A stretch of 64,000 nucleotides of DNA from a virus: the IMG/VR virus record IMGVR_UViG_3300029904_000009, positions 2,378 to 66,377 of that record; one strand, 5' to 3'. Below the pieces are notes generated by a model. That model had not been told where the DNA came from. It did not search any database and saw only the letters and a list, made by a program, of their open reading frames with translations. The translations under genes were made by a program, and so were the position numbers. Below, in pieces: positions 33,053 to 45,400 of the stretch (positions within the stretch are counted from its first letter, which is position 1; each line of letters begins with the position of its first letter).

Positions 33053-34202
33053 TACCCTGTCCCTCCTCAATATCAGCAATATCGCCCAATAATTCGCGCT
33101 CAAGAGCAGCGAAATCATCATAGTCTTCGACAGCATTTGGAAGCGGGTCTTGTGCCAAAATTGCTTCGGTATTCTCTACCATTTCAGCAATATTAGATTC
33201 GCCGCGTACCAGATACTCAGTATACTCCTACATATCTCTCAATACCTAATCAATCTTATCATTAGGCTGATCGACATAGAACTCTGGAATAAAACCACCC
33301 TCACGCTCAACCAAAAATGCTAATTGAGAAATAGCAAAAGTGGTATGCTGACGGTCTTTTTGCTGGACGGGTGCCAGATTTGCAGATTTAATGAACATAT
33401 CAAGCTGACGACCGATTTGAGATGCAGAAGCTACATCATCAATATCGACATATTTGTTCATCTTCATGGTCATCTTACAAATCATGCGCGCATTGGAAAT
33501 TGCGATGGGGTCTTGAATAACATAAGACTCCATCATATCTTGAAGCATTTGCTCCATATAGAGGTATTGGTCCTCAGTATAGTCTTCGCCCCAGTTTACT
33601 TTTAACTCATTGATTTCTTCTTGAGTTAAATTGTATTTTGAAGTTTCTGGCGTTAAACCATAGAGAGCAGACATATCTGGCGCAGTAACCATTGCTTGAG
33701 CAGGTTTTTGAGGCGCAATATCACCAAAGTTCAGCATTTCTTCAACTTTGGCTTCTGCTTCAGATTCACTGTCAGTCTCTTGACGCATAGCGGCAAGCAA
33801 AGACTCAGTTTCTTCTTTGGTTTTAGCTTCAGAATCTGCCCAGCGATATTTCTTATATTGGTTCAAGTGCATCAAGCTAATGTACTTGCCAACAATAGAT
33901 CCAGCTTTTGCACTCTTTTTCATAAGAAGTTTGCGCCACTCACTTGGGATATATGGTACATCTACTTCTTTAAGGATTGGTAAAAAGGTCATAGGGTCAG
34001 TATCATCGACCCTCATTGCCAGACAAGTTTTACACTCTGGAAGTACTCCAGTAGGATGCTTGTCTGTACGAGAGGTCTTAAAGAATTGCTTCTCGTCTAA
34101 AGTCTTTTTACAGCAAGTGCAGAAATATTTTCCATTTCCTTTGGAAACAGCTTGCTGATTTGGACGGTACAAATCGCGTACCGCATTGAAATCAATTTTC
34201 AT
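33036..34202 (-). CDS. zinc-finger protein, putative terminase small subunit (2 in-frame TAG)
   Basis: CTCC...ECKTC zinc motif. The frame continues past TAG 33246 (KID[TAG]VLRDM[TAG]EYTEYLV) to TAA 33036, overlapping the terL start. 388 aa. Confidence 0.6.
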
Positions 34203-34301
34203 AGAAATATCTCCTTTATAATTTCCTTTTGCTCCGACGAGGCAAATCCTTTATAGATCCCTATGGCCTTGGGTTTTGCTTCATCGTTCAAAATAAAAAT
34301 T

Positions 34302-34326
34302 ATTTTATAATACCTTAAATAAAATA
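34302..34326 (-). promoter_or_regulatory. candidate phage late promoter motif, copy 4
   Basis: On the minus strand TATTTTATTTAA-GGTA-TTATAAAAT, upstream of the terminase operon. Confidence 0.45.
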
Positions 34327-34328
34327 AG

Positions 34329-34357
34329 TTGCAATAAAAAAATTTTTATGCTATAAT
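34329..34357 (+). promoter_or_regulatory. sigmaA promoter with palindromic spacer, driving the HTH gene
   Basis: TTGCAA-17-TATAAT with an extended TG; spacer AATAAAAAAATTTTTATG. Confidence 0.85.
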
Positions 34358-34387
34358 ATAGTTAGAAAATAAAGAAAGGAGTCCTTT

Positions 34388-35023
34388 ATGAATCCAGTCA
34401 TTAGCGGCAATGGTGAGATTGCCCTTATGTGCGATGACCCTAAGATTGTCGCCTATGATGGCCTTGAGCAATGGCAAATCGACCAACTCGTAACGCCAAC
34501 AAGCGACTCCAAAGCCTCTGCAAATATGTGCTTGCAAACAATAGATTAGATACCAGAAGAATGGGTTAAAGGTCTAACCCAAGCCCAATGGCAGAAAATA
34601 AAACGTCAAAGGTCATTATTCGGGATTAAACTCCCAGATTCTTGGATTAAAGTTTGGCGATTTATTCTAAAAGAGCCTAATCTAAGAGATAGCGAAAGAG
34701 CCTCCCGCGGAGGAAAGGCACTTGGGTCATATTCTCACCTTTGGAATGTATGGTCAATGGACTGTATTGACCGATATTTAAGTCCTATGGAAAAGGATTT
34801 ACTTAGTATGGTCGATATGGGCATCATTTATAGCGAGATAGGCGAAATTATGCTCGGTAGGTATGGAGATAAGTTTTGGAAGCCACGAAAAGCCACTTCT
34901 AAAACGACACCGAGCCAAGTTGTAAACAACTATCTTTACTGGAAAATGCCTAACAAAATCGCGAGGTCGGAATTGACCGAATTAGCTCTCTCTTATATAA
35001 AAAATAAAAAGGCACCCGTATAA
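34388..35023 (+). CDS. putative transcription regulator with C-terminal sigma70-region-4/LuxR-like HTH (1 in-frame TAG)
   Basis: ATG 34388 after GAAAGGAG. The single TAG at 34547 is codon 54, and the frame then runs to TAA 35023 (211 aa). LSPMEKDLLSMVDMGIIYSEIGEIM...TTPSQVVNNYL resembles an HTH. Confidence 0.6.
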
Positions 35024-35042
35024 TACGGGTGCCTTTCTTTTT
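35005..35042. terminator. bidirectional rho-independent terminator
   Basis: AAAGGCACCCGTA-TAA-TACGGGTGCCTTT 13-bp stem between convergent genes. Confidence 0.9.
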
Positions 35043-38000
35043 ATCCGAAACGAGCGTAAATATGATATTGATTATCTGGCACTGCATAAGTACCAACCAT
35101 ATCTACTCTACTTGGACTTAATACCATAGCATTACCAATGCCATGAGGAGAGCCTCCATCACCGGAAAGGGTCAATTTAGAAGCAGTAATATCCATTTTG
35201 CTTTCATACATTGCAATTTCAGAACTACCTGTCAAGTTATCTTGTTTAATATAGATATGCAATTGTTTCTCATGAGTAATCTGAACATTTTCTTCACTAC
35301 CTTCGATAATTGCAGGCTCATCAGAGGCCGCTTCGCCGGCAGCATTTGCGTCTTTTAACATATGAGCACTATAATCTGTTTTGCCGTATTTCATCAAAAT
35401 CTTTTTAGGGGCATACATATAAATATTTTCTTTATCAATTAGGATTTCTGGCATACCAGTAGCAGTTTTACAATCCCCAGTAATGTTATTGCCCTTATGA
35501 ACAATATGAATTTCCTCATCATTCTCTTGTGGGCTCTTGCCGTGGTAGGCTGCCGCGCCGGGATAACCAAGCCAAATCCATAAACCAGCACGTTTAGCAT
35601 TAGCATTATAGGGATCAATTTCAATGCCACCTGCGCTGGCAATTCCGGGAATTGCAGTAGCTGCTGTCCATGGATCAGGGAAGCCACCAGATTCTTGTTC
35701 GCGGGAGTCAATAGAAAGTCTAATTCGGCCATGAGAGGTCTTTACCGTGAAATCGTTGTTGGCCGAGTCATTAGATTTTACTCTATCAGGTGTGCCATAG
35801 TTATATTTACCACCCATGTTTAAATAGACACCATAATTACAGCCGCCTACTTGACCTTCATCATAACCCCAAGTCTAATTTTGCCCCGCACAATTTCCAT
35901 AGAACTGAGTTAAGAAGTGGATATGGCCACGAGTTAACCAAGCAGATTCGCCATCGGAACTAAAGATAATTGGTGCAGTATACCACGTATTGATACCAAC
36001 TGTAAACTGAGTAATACCATCCCCACTAGAACCGCCATAACCAGCACGATTTGTTAAACCAATCCAACCGAGATATTGGTCTGGGCCTTCAGGATCTGCA
36101 ACATCAATTACTTCGCCGTTTCGAGGAGCAGGAAGTTCAGAAGAGTCTTGACTCTAAAATCGTTTTCTAATGTAAATCTGAATAGCTTCGGTACCATATG
36201 GGCCTACACGGAAATAGTTATTACCATCCAAGAAGTCATTTCCTGTACCAGTTGTAACAGTAGCACCTTTACTTTGGAAAATATCCATTGTGGTAAAGTA
36301 AGCATTTGTCATTGAACTCTAATCTTCTTTACTTGCAGCATCATTTATCTTTAATGAGCCACCAAAATGGAAGTGCATTGGCCAAAAATGTCCTTGGAAA
36401 AATCCGTCATCCTAAACTGACTAAGGAATTTGACGAGTAGCAGAATCCAGGCCGAACATTGCAGATTGTTCTACATTATCATGGCCAGACTCGCCGATTC
36501 CTGGGCGACCGATATCATAATCTGTAGCTCTATAAAAGTCAACATCATCAATAACACCCATAGCCTTCTTAGAATCTCTCATTCTAATAATAAACTAATT
36601 ATGTACTCGAGCATTTTCACCTTCAAATACTGGAATACCAAGAGCGACATAACCGCGAGATTGGAAGAGATTACCCTTAGATGAGCCAAACTCTTCAGCA
36701 AAATCATTTTTACCAAGACAAGGGCCAATACCAACGTTGCCATAAAAGTGAGTTACACCAATGAAATCACTTTCTGCCGCCTATACAAGATGTCCATAAT
36801 CATCACTATCATTTTCTACTATATCGCCAGTATCGGGGTCCCGCATATTTCCTAAAATATGGAATCGGCCAATATCAATAGAACCACCATAGATAAATAA
36901 TCTTTGAGCATAAACAGATCCATCATAAGAAACATAGAAAGCACGAGGCTGTTCACCAGTGTAAGGCATTAACTCACTAAGTTTAACCTTAATATCTCTT
37001 GGTGGAATTAGGTCTTCATAACGACATTTTCTGTTGGCTTCATCAGTAACACGAGGATCAAGAGTCCAAATCATTTGGTCTTTTTCCATCTTGCCACCAA
37101 TACCAATCTCGGCGCCTTGAATACGACCACCAATGATATTGGAACCAATAACTGCCCCCATAAAAACGCCGTTCATTGCCCAAAGAGTACCATCATAAGT
37201 TACAAGGAAGTTTCTATCACCAGGAATTGCAAGAGTACGGAAAACGTCCTCATACATATCCCAGTCGATAAGGCCGGGCATCAATCCATGTAAATGCTGG
37301 CCAATTTCAATAGCAGGAGTAGTAGAAGCTCTTGAAGGGCCAAATCCAGATAACTATTGAGATTTTAAAACTGAAGGATTTTGTCCTTTAATATCATCAG
37401 TTTCAGCTTTTGCTCTGAATAATGGGCCAAATACTGCATTAGCATTTACATAGCCTTCAAGGTCTTGGAATACACTATCGTCCCAAGTATCAGGATCCTT
37501 TGGGTCATAATCTTCGTTTACATAAATTAAATGTGAAGTATCATTGGGATCTGGCATTGTAATAGGACCAAAATAGTTAATTCTGAAATTCTAACCATCA
37601 GGGTTATACCCAAGCCCTAATTCTGGGTCTAGCTAATCTATAACATCCTAATCCAGATACTTATTAAGATTTTTCCATCCATCTGAACCGCTACCTTGAG
37701 CAAGAGCATCTAACCAATATGGCACTGCTCCATCAGGCTTTACATAAGCTCTTTGCCAGAGATGTCCATACCATTGAGGAAGTGCATTTTTAGGGATCTC
37801 TTTATTACCAGCATCAAGCTCAAAGTATTTTCCATCAAAGCCTTGAGTCATAAAACCAATATCAGTTTTCTCTGGGTCGCCAGTTAATAAGTAACTACCA
37901 TTTTCTTGAAGAGTAAAATATTTAGCTAAAGCATCCCCAATTTCCTAAGCCTATTCATAACCCCAATCAACAATCTATTGATACTCATCTGCAGAAACCT

Positions 38001-41000
38001 GAGTATAATCAATTTCCCAAATTGTTGTGATAGCTTCCATCTTATCCTTATACTGAGGCATCTCAAGAAGCTGATCAATATATTTTAAACTTGGAACTTC
38101 ATTCTTAATCCCCATGAATAGAGGCTCGTCTCCAAGTCCTTCAAGTTTACGGTATTTGCCGGAGGCCTCGTCCCAGTAGAAGTATTCTCCGTTCAAGTTG
38201 TAATGGTAATAACCATCAATATTCTTACCATATTGTGAAGTAGTGTGGTTTAAATCAGCGAGAGTAAGGCGCATAGTATTCCACATTGGATCTCCAATAC
38301 TTGGAGAATCCATAATACCATTACCACCGCCATAAATTGTAGCGTTTGTGCCGTCGATAATGATGCGACCACCACGATCTGCACGTCCGAAATAAGCGGT
38401 ACCGTTTTCAAGGATACCAAAAGAAGAAATACCATCCTAATAGCCAAAAATACCAGTCATATATTGACGATATTTTAAAGCCTCTTCATCAAGATCATAT
38501 CCCTGAATATCTTTTTTCTTCTGAGAGCGGTCAACGCCCATTAGAACACCAGTGAATAAATTCGTTTGTGGTGTTTTATAGCCCGCACCTATGGTATTCG
38601 CGAAGATAGTTCCATCTTCTTCATTCATATCAATGCCTTGGCCATCCCAGCCATTGATATCAACATTACCATAAGCATTGAGATACATTACTTGATTTCG
38701 AATATATCGACCCTTTTTGAAAGGACCTTCTCCGCCGGTCAAATCAATCTCTAAAGCTCCATGGAACCCCTCACTTAAATTCAAATGTTGCTTAGCCCTG
38801 TAATATTGCTCATCCATCTGAGTGACATCATTTCTTACTAATTCAATAGTCTAAGTTAATGGAGTTAAGTTGTATGCTTTATAATTGATTTTTTCTTCTG
38901 CTAATAAATTACCGAATTTGAAATAAAGAGGTTGAGAAAGATTCTTTGGATCATAGCCCTATGCGTTATACTCAACAAAGCGTGGCCAGTTCGTAGCAAT
39001 TTTCTTAATGGGGCCATTCCACTCTACCCATTCGGCTTCAGTGCTATCCCAAATAATATCAGATTCATTAAAAAGGATATCAATAGGCCAAAAAGATGTT
39101 ATAGAAGCAATGCGTTCAATATCGCCGTCTGTCTCAATCATCTTTGTCTACTGGTCGTATTGGCCCTTCATAATATCTACTTGTGCTTTAACAATAAAAC
39201 GATACATACAACGCTCAAGATCAGCTTTTGTGCCATTTTTCGCGTTATCAAAGAATCTTACCTCAAGAGCACCATAATTTTCCGTAGCAAAATGATTGGC
39301 ATTACTTTGTTTATTTTCTTCTGCCTCATATTGACGACGAGGATACATTGTAAAAGCAACTAGGCCATCTGGCTGCTGCTCACGTTCATTTACTTTAGAA
39401 TCCCAAGTAGAGTGAGCAATGTCTCCTGCACCGCCGTTTAACTAAATATTGCCTGTCTCATACCAAGACTTATCACGTCCATAAGGTTCTCCAGGATTGT
39501 TAATATCAGAAGGTACTCCATCGGTATGATGTAAGCGCAACCAGGACGCATATTTAACATCTGCTGCGGCTACGCTACCGGGCATACGTACATCCCAATA
39601 TACCTTACAGAAATAGCCCTCAAAGGGGTCAAGATTTTCCAAGGCAATACCATTTTTATGAACAAATGGTCTTAAAAATACTCGGAAATTTTTATCCTGA
39701 ACCCATTCTCCGTCAGCGGTTTTATTAACAATTAAAACAGCAGGATAATCTAATTCCTCAATATATGGGCCTTCTTCTTTATCCTCACTGTATTTCCAGT
39801 TACATGGACGAATAGGAGCAGACCAATCATTGCCGATTGTTCCTTGGTCACCGTCTTTTAAAATACGAATAGTCTTTGTTAGATCGAAATAAGTTCCATC
39901 AAGAAGATTTACTCTAATTTTAAAAGTATTTCTATCAGCTGTCGCTCTATCTTCAACATATTGTGACTAAAGTTGGAAGTGAATAGTGCCATTTAACTAA
40001 TCGCACCACATATTCTTAAGCATACACATCGGATTTCCTGAGCTATCAACCCAATTGAATCCGTTACCAGCCTAAGTAGTGCTAGTTTTATCATAGAACT
40101 CTTTATTGCTTAAAGGAGTTCCATCTGGTGCCAAAATTGTAAAATGGTAATCAGTGATATTACCATCCGCCCAGCGCAATACGGGGATTAAGATATTGTC
40201 CTATTTATCAGCTTCTCCTCGAATCGTACCTAAAGCGTCATAGTTAAAAGTATCTCGGCCCACCCAATCGACTAATAAATCCCCATCAGTTGCAGTGATA
40301 ATCGTCTTTTCAAGAACGGCAATTACCGCACACTATGCAGTAGCTTTATGCTCATGTTTTGGGTCAATAATCTCTGGATCATACGCTTGAACATAAAAAG
40401 TTGCTACATCATCAAACAAGAAATCATTGATAATAATTTTGCCTTCTTGAATGCCTTGTGAAATCTAATAGTAAGCTCCAGATTGAGTTTTTAACCACCA
40501 AGTGCCAAACCAATATGGATAATTCTCTCCCGTCGCCGGATTGATTTTGTTATCTGGCTTGTTATGGTTAATGACGCGAAGTGTTACATCTCTACCATTT
40601 GATTCAGTTTCTTGAATAATTTCAAGATCATAGATAGAGTCAAGGCGAGCGATTTCCTATTCAACGGAACAACGAGTAATTTCTCGCTATTCATCTGTTG
40701 ACATATCGCGATAAATAATAACCGCTTTGTACTTATTTTTAAACTAAACAGCATCTCGACGAACAACTAAGGTATTAAAATCAATATCATAATTACCGCT
40801 ACCTTCTTCGCTATTATTTATCATTAGCTCAATAGGATACCAACCATCTCCTCCATAATCAAAATAAGTGTTGTTGTGGGCATCCTTTTCCCACCCCATT
40901 CTCTCCACATATTCTTGAGTTACAGAGGGATCTTGAACAAACCAGTGTACTGTACAGGTGCTTGGATCAAGGATATCTTCATATCCATACTAAAGATGAG

Positions 41001-42459
41001 CAATTAGAGTAACAAATCCGCGGCCTTTAACATCTGAAGTGACTGTATTGGCGCCATACACAGAGTCTCCATATGGAGTTTCAATCCAAGGATAATAAAG
41101 ATTGTCTGTAAGATTTACCTTCTCGCAGAATCGAATGTCAATATTATCACAAAAGATATTGTTTCGGTCCAATACAGAATGCTGAGCATCCCAAGAAATA
41201 GTTCCATCATTATTATAAGTAGGCGTAATATCGGCAACAAAATTGCCATCCTGTTCTAAATAAATGCGGCTTAATCCTTGAAGTGTACCTTTTTCAATGG
41301 TATAGTAAGCCTTCTATGGAGTATCAGCAACATATGAATATGGAGCGCCAGTAAAGACATTAAAACCAAGTTTAAAAGAGATTGTTTTATATTGTTTTTG
41401 GTCAGGAATTACTAAATCAATGGCTTTTTGCAGTTCCTAAGATGTAGTATCAACGAAAGTTACATAGTCGGGGTCTGTTCCAGAATTATATCTAGTCCAA
41501 TCAATTTCCTACTGGAAATTCCACCAATCGAGCATTGCTTCATACCAAGCATCACCCATATAATCATGTGCGTTTGGATCTCGAATATCTGTGATGTACT
41601 TCGGATTGTTAATAATACATTCGACAACTAAAGCATACTGTCCAGTAGTATGAGTATTTTGAAAAGCCGTTCTAAAAGATGCTGAAATTGAAATAGCATC
41701 ATACGCTGCTCCATATCTTTGTAACATTTGATCGGCTTTTTCCAAAGTCTCTTCATCTGGGAAATTCTATGGATAACGATTAACAGCATCCCCGTCTTCC
41801 GTTTGTGATTGCTCACGCAAAAAGCCGAAATCCCAATAGTTAGCCCCAGTTGTTGCAGAGGAATTTAAAGCCTATTCTTGAAGAGCTAAAGCATCTTCGA
41901 GCTATTTCTTAAGGCTTAAATAGCGCAATTCAATTTGTAAAATCCCGTGATTTGCTTGGTATTCTTTTTCAGCTTCCTCAAACTGAGGACGGATAATATT
42001 TACTTGTTCAGTAGCTGATTCATAAGAAGTAGAATGAACCAGATTCATTCTACCATCGTATGGCACAGCGCAAATCTGAAGAGGAGATTCATGACCAAGC
42101 TAATACCAGTCAGTTATCCAGTTAGGACCTTTCTGGATATAAAAATTGGTCATATCTTGCCTATCTTGGAATGTAGAATTGTTCTTATAGTCAGAACGTC
42201 CAAGGATAACTTTTCGCTTAGAAAAATCCCCTTGGGGAACAAGCACATAGACTTGTTCCCCAACCTTGTACACGCTAAGGGGATCAGATGAGTAAGCGTC
42301 AAAGACATTGCCTTGGTACTCTACTTTATATTGACCGATATCAACATTGACGACGGATTTTATCTCGCCGTCAATAGTAGAGTCATTTCTTGATGCATTA
42401 ACCTCATCTTTAGCGATGGTATTAACCGCATCAAAGAAATCTTGAACAAGTTTTGACAT
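35041..42459 (-). CDS. giant tail tip/central-fibre-type protein (TAG=Gln)
   Basis: ATG 42459 with AAGGAG, directly after the TMP gene. Twelve ORF fragments share one frame to TAA 35041 (2472 aa). The gap read (35.8-36.5 kb) contains only TAG stops. Motifs GQYKVEYQGNVFDAYS and NLFTGVLMGVD. Confidence 0.7.
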
Positions 42460-42477
42460 ATTTTACTCCTTTCTATC

Positions 42478-45400
42478 TTATTGATGGTTTTTCTAAGAAA
42501 CATACTGAACAGCTTGATTCACCAAGTTGGAGAATGCTTCTTCAATTTCAGAGGCAACGGATACGTTCGGGAATGTCGCATCAATATGTACCTGTTGTTC
42601 GACCTATTGAATATCCTTATTAATAATTGTCTTATCAACAACACCAGAGGTTTTCTTTCCAAGAGCGCCATTAATGCTAGACATCTTCATCTTTACAATA
42701 TCTCTCATATGAGCGACTGCGGAGAGAATATTTTTGGTGTCTTCAGAATTTAAAATCAATTCTGCACCATCTTCAGCCACAGAACGAATTTGAGGAGTTC
42801 TAATTAAACCGCCAGTAGCCGTCTCTGGTGGCTTACCCCAATTCTACTGAGCCAATTCTCTCCAATTAGGATGATTTTGTACCCATTCATCAACAGTATC
42901 CCAAATTTCGAAATTACCAGATAAGAAATAATTCATAGCTTCGTCAACAGCAGACTATAAGTATTTATCAACAAAGTCCCAACCTTGTTGGCCCCATCTA
43001 TCTTTTACTGTTCCATGTCCAGCATAATACAGCTCTTCACTACCCAATTTATTTTTTAATTCAGTTACTAATGACTTTAGTTCCTCATCTGCTAAGAGCT
43101 ATTCTTCCGTGTAACCTTCTTCTAATTTTTGGCCAATGTAGTTATGAATTTTCGCAGTATAGTCAGTACCAGCATCAAATCCAGTATTATACATTTCATT
43201 GATTGAAGCATTTTCCATCTACTTTAAAGTATTTAAGAAAGCTTCTAATTTCTTTTGGCAAGCTTCCATGTGGTCAATGAAGCTCTCACGGAAGTTACGA
43301 ACTTTTTCATCGAGTTTAGTTAATGCTCGGCTACCCTCAGTATTCAAGTTCTTAATCTTTTCTCGAAGAGCGTCATTTTCTTTGCCCATCAATTCGGTTT
43401 CTGTCTTTACTGTTTCTTCAAGTTCATCGTATTTAATTCCAACTTGATTGCAAGTCTCTTCAACCTGACCCTAATAATCTTTGGTATTTTGTTTTAAGTC
43501 ATTAGTGTACTTAGTATGCTGAGTAGTATACCATTCTTGAGCAGAATTCATATCTTTGCAGTTAGTTATCACTCCAAGAGTAGTATCTTCAAAAGCCACG
43601 TCAAGCATCCCATTATATTTTACAATCTAGTTTGCATAAAGTTCAGTCTTTTGTTGATAATAAGCTAACTGCTGATCGATCATGCGCTTGTAATCTGCAT
43701 CATGCTCATAACGTGCCCAGTCAATAGTCTCCTAGAATTGGAAGAACTCTTGTTGAGCTTGTAGCCAATACTGAGATGCCTCATCACTGGCTTCCCAAAG
43801 TAATTTTTCATAATTATATTGGGCGTCTGCCAATGCTTGTGCGGCGTTATCAGTTTCGCTCTAATCGGAAGAATATACATAATTCCAATTACCAGAAGCA
43901 TCACGAGCTAAACGCATTGTATTTTTGGCATTTTGAGCTTCTTCATAAGCATCTTGTGCTTTTTGAATTTCAAATTTTGCCTTTAACAAATCAACGTCAG
44001 TCTATGTAAGGTCAACACCCTCTTGATTTGCAGCATTGATTTCTTCAATAAGAGCTTCATATTCTTTTAATCTGCCAGGATCAGTGATGTTTTCCATCTA
44101 ATCATCAATATCACTTAACAAACTATTTAACTGATACTCTTTATCAAAATCTCTCAGGAAGAAAGTATCAAGATCATATTGTTGATCATACATAGAAGTC
44201 ATATCATCAAAGCTAGCAAAATCGCCGCCAAGATTTTCAACGACTTCGTCTTTAATAACTTCAGCTACCATTTCAATAGCATCTGCTGCCGCAGCAGCTA
44301 GATCCTGAATGGAGGAAGTCATATCAGACTAAGCATCGGCCAATAACGCATCAGCTTCATCTTTTGCGGCTTTTAATTGATTATAGACAAATGCTTCTGT
44401 GTCATTATACCCTTCCGCATCTCTACCATGCTCGGCATAGAACTCTTCAAGCTGAGCAGTAGTTTCTTCAGCGCCTTGTTTTGCCAATTCAAGGGCGCTC
44501 GCTGCACGCTCAACCTCAAGTTGAGCATTATCTACAGTTGCATCGGCAATAGAACGAATAGCATCTCGACCATCAGAAGTCCATTTCTTTCCACTAAATT
44601 CAAGAAGTTCGGTAAACATTTCAAGTTTATCATTATTAGCAGAAATTTTATCAGCTATCTTATCAAATTCATCCATATACATATTTAATACTTCAATATA
44701 TTGTCCAAACATTTCTTCAGCTATATCATACATAGAGTTCATATACTCGATCATGCTATCCGCGTCATCTTGCATAGCCTCAAGAACTTCAGCGGGCAGG
44801 CCACCATTGCCTGTAATGTATTTATTCCAGGCTTCCTCGCCAAATTCACCGATAAACCAATCTCTATTGGCATTAGAAGGATTGATATTATTGATAATTT
44901 CAATCATTCTGTTTCCATGCTCAAGAGTTAGGTTAAAATTCTCAGTTTCTTCGCGTAGCTACTTGCCCAGCTAATCAAAAGTTTTGCCCATCATCGTTCC
45001 AAGATCGCCCCAAAGTTCAATAGCTTGTTCAATTAAAGAAATATCGCGTTCATTTATTCCAATCTAAAACTCCATTTTATAAGTGGCTTCCTCTACTTTA
45101 TTAGCCATCCATTCACGGATATTTTCGAGCTATTGTTCAAGAGCGTCGGCAGCCTCCTAGGCAGTCTCGTCAACTAAGTCAAGGGCAGCCAAGAACTCAT
45201 CAACAAAAGCTTTAGCAACATCGTACTTTTCCTTTAAGGCGTCAATTCTCTCAGATTCAGCCTCGTTTGTTGAGTTAGCTCTATCATAAGCCATAGCTGC
45301 CTAATAGTAAGGCTCATAAAGCGATTTTAAATAATTATCTAACTAAGCAGTCAATTCAGTACGATTGCTTACAAAACCTTCTCCATTAAAGAGAACTTGG

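Noticed and set aside
33053-33136. ORF-track starts for terL (33136), portal (30785), protease (20401), hydrolase (54826) and 54003
   Set aside because: Downstream starts have clear AGGAGG-type RBSs and avoid long overlaps, so coordinates were moved to 33052, 30767, 20365, 54898 and 53964.
22764-42459. Diversity-generating retroelement acting on the tail proteins
   Set aside because: No reverse transcriptase and no template/variable repeat pair were seen in the window.
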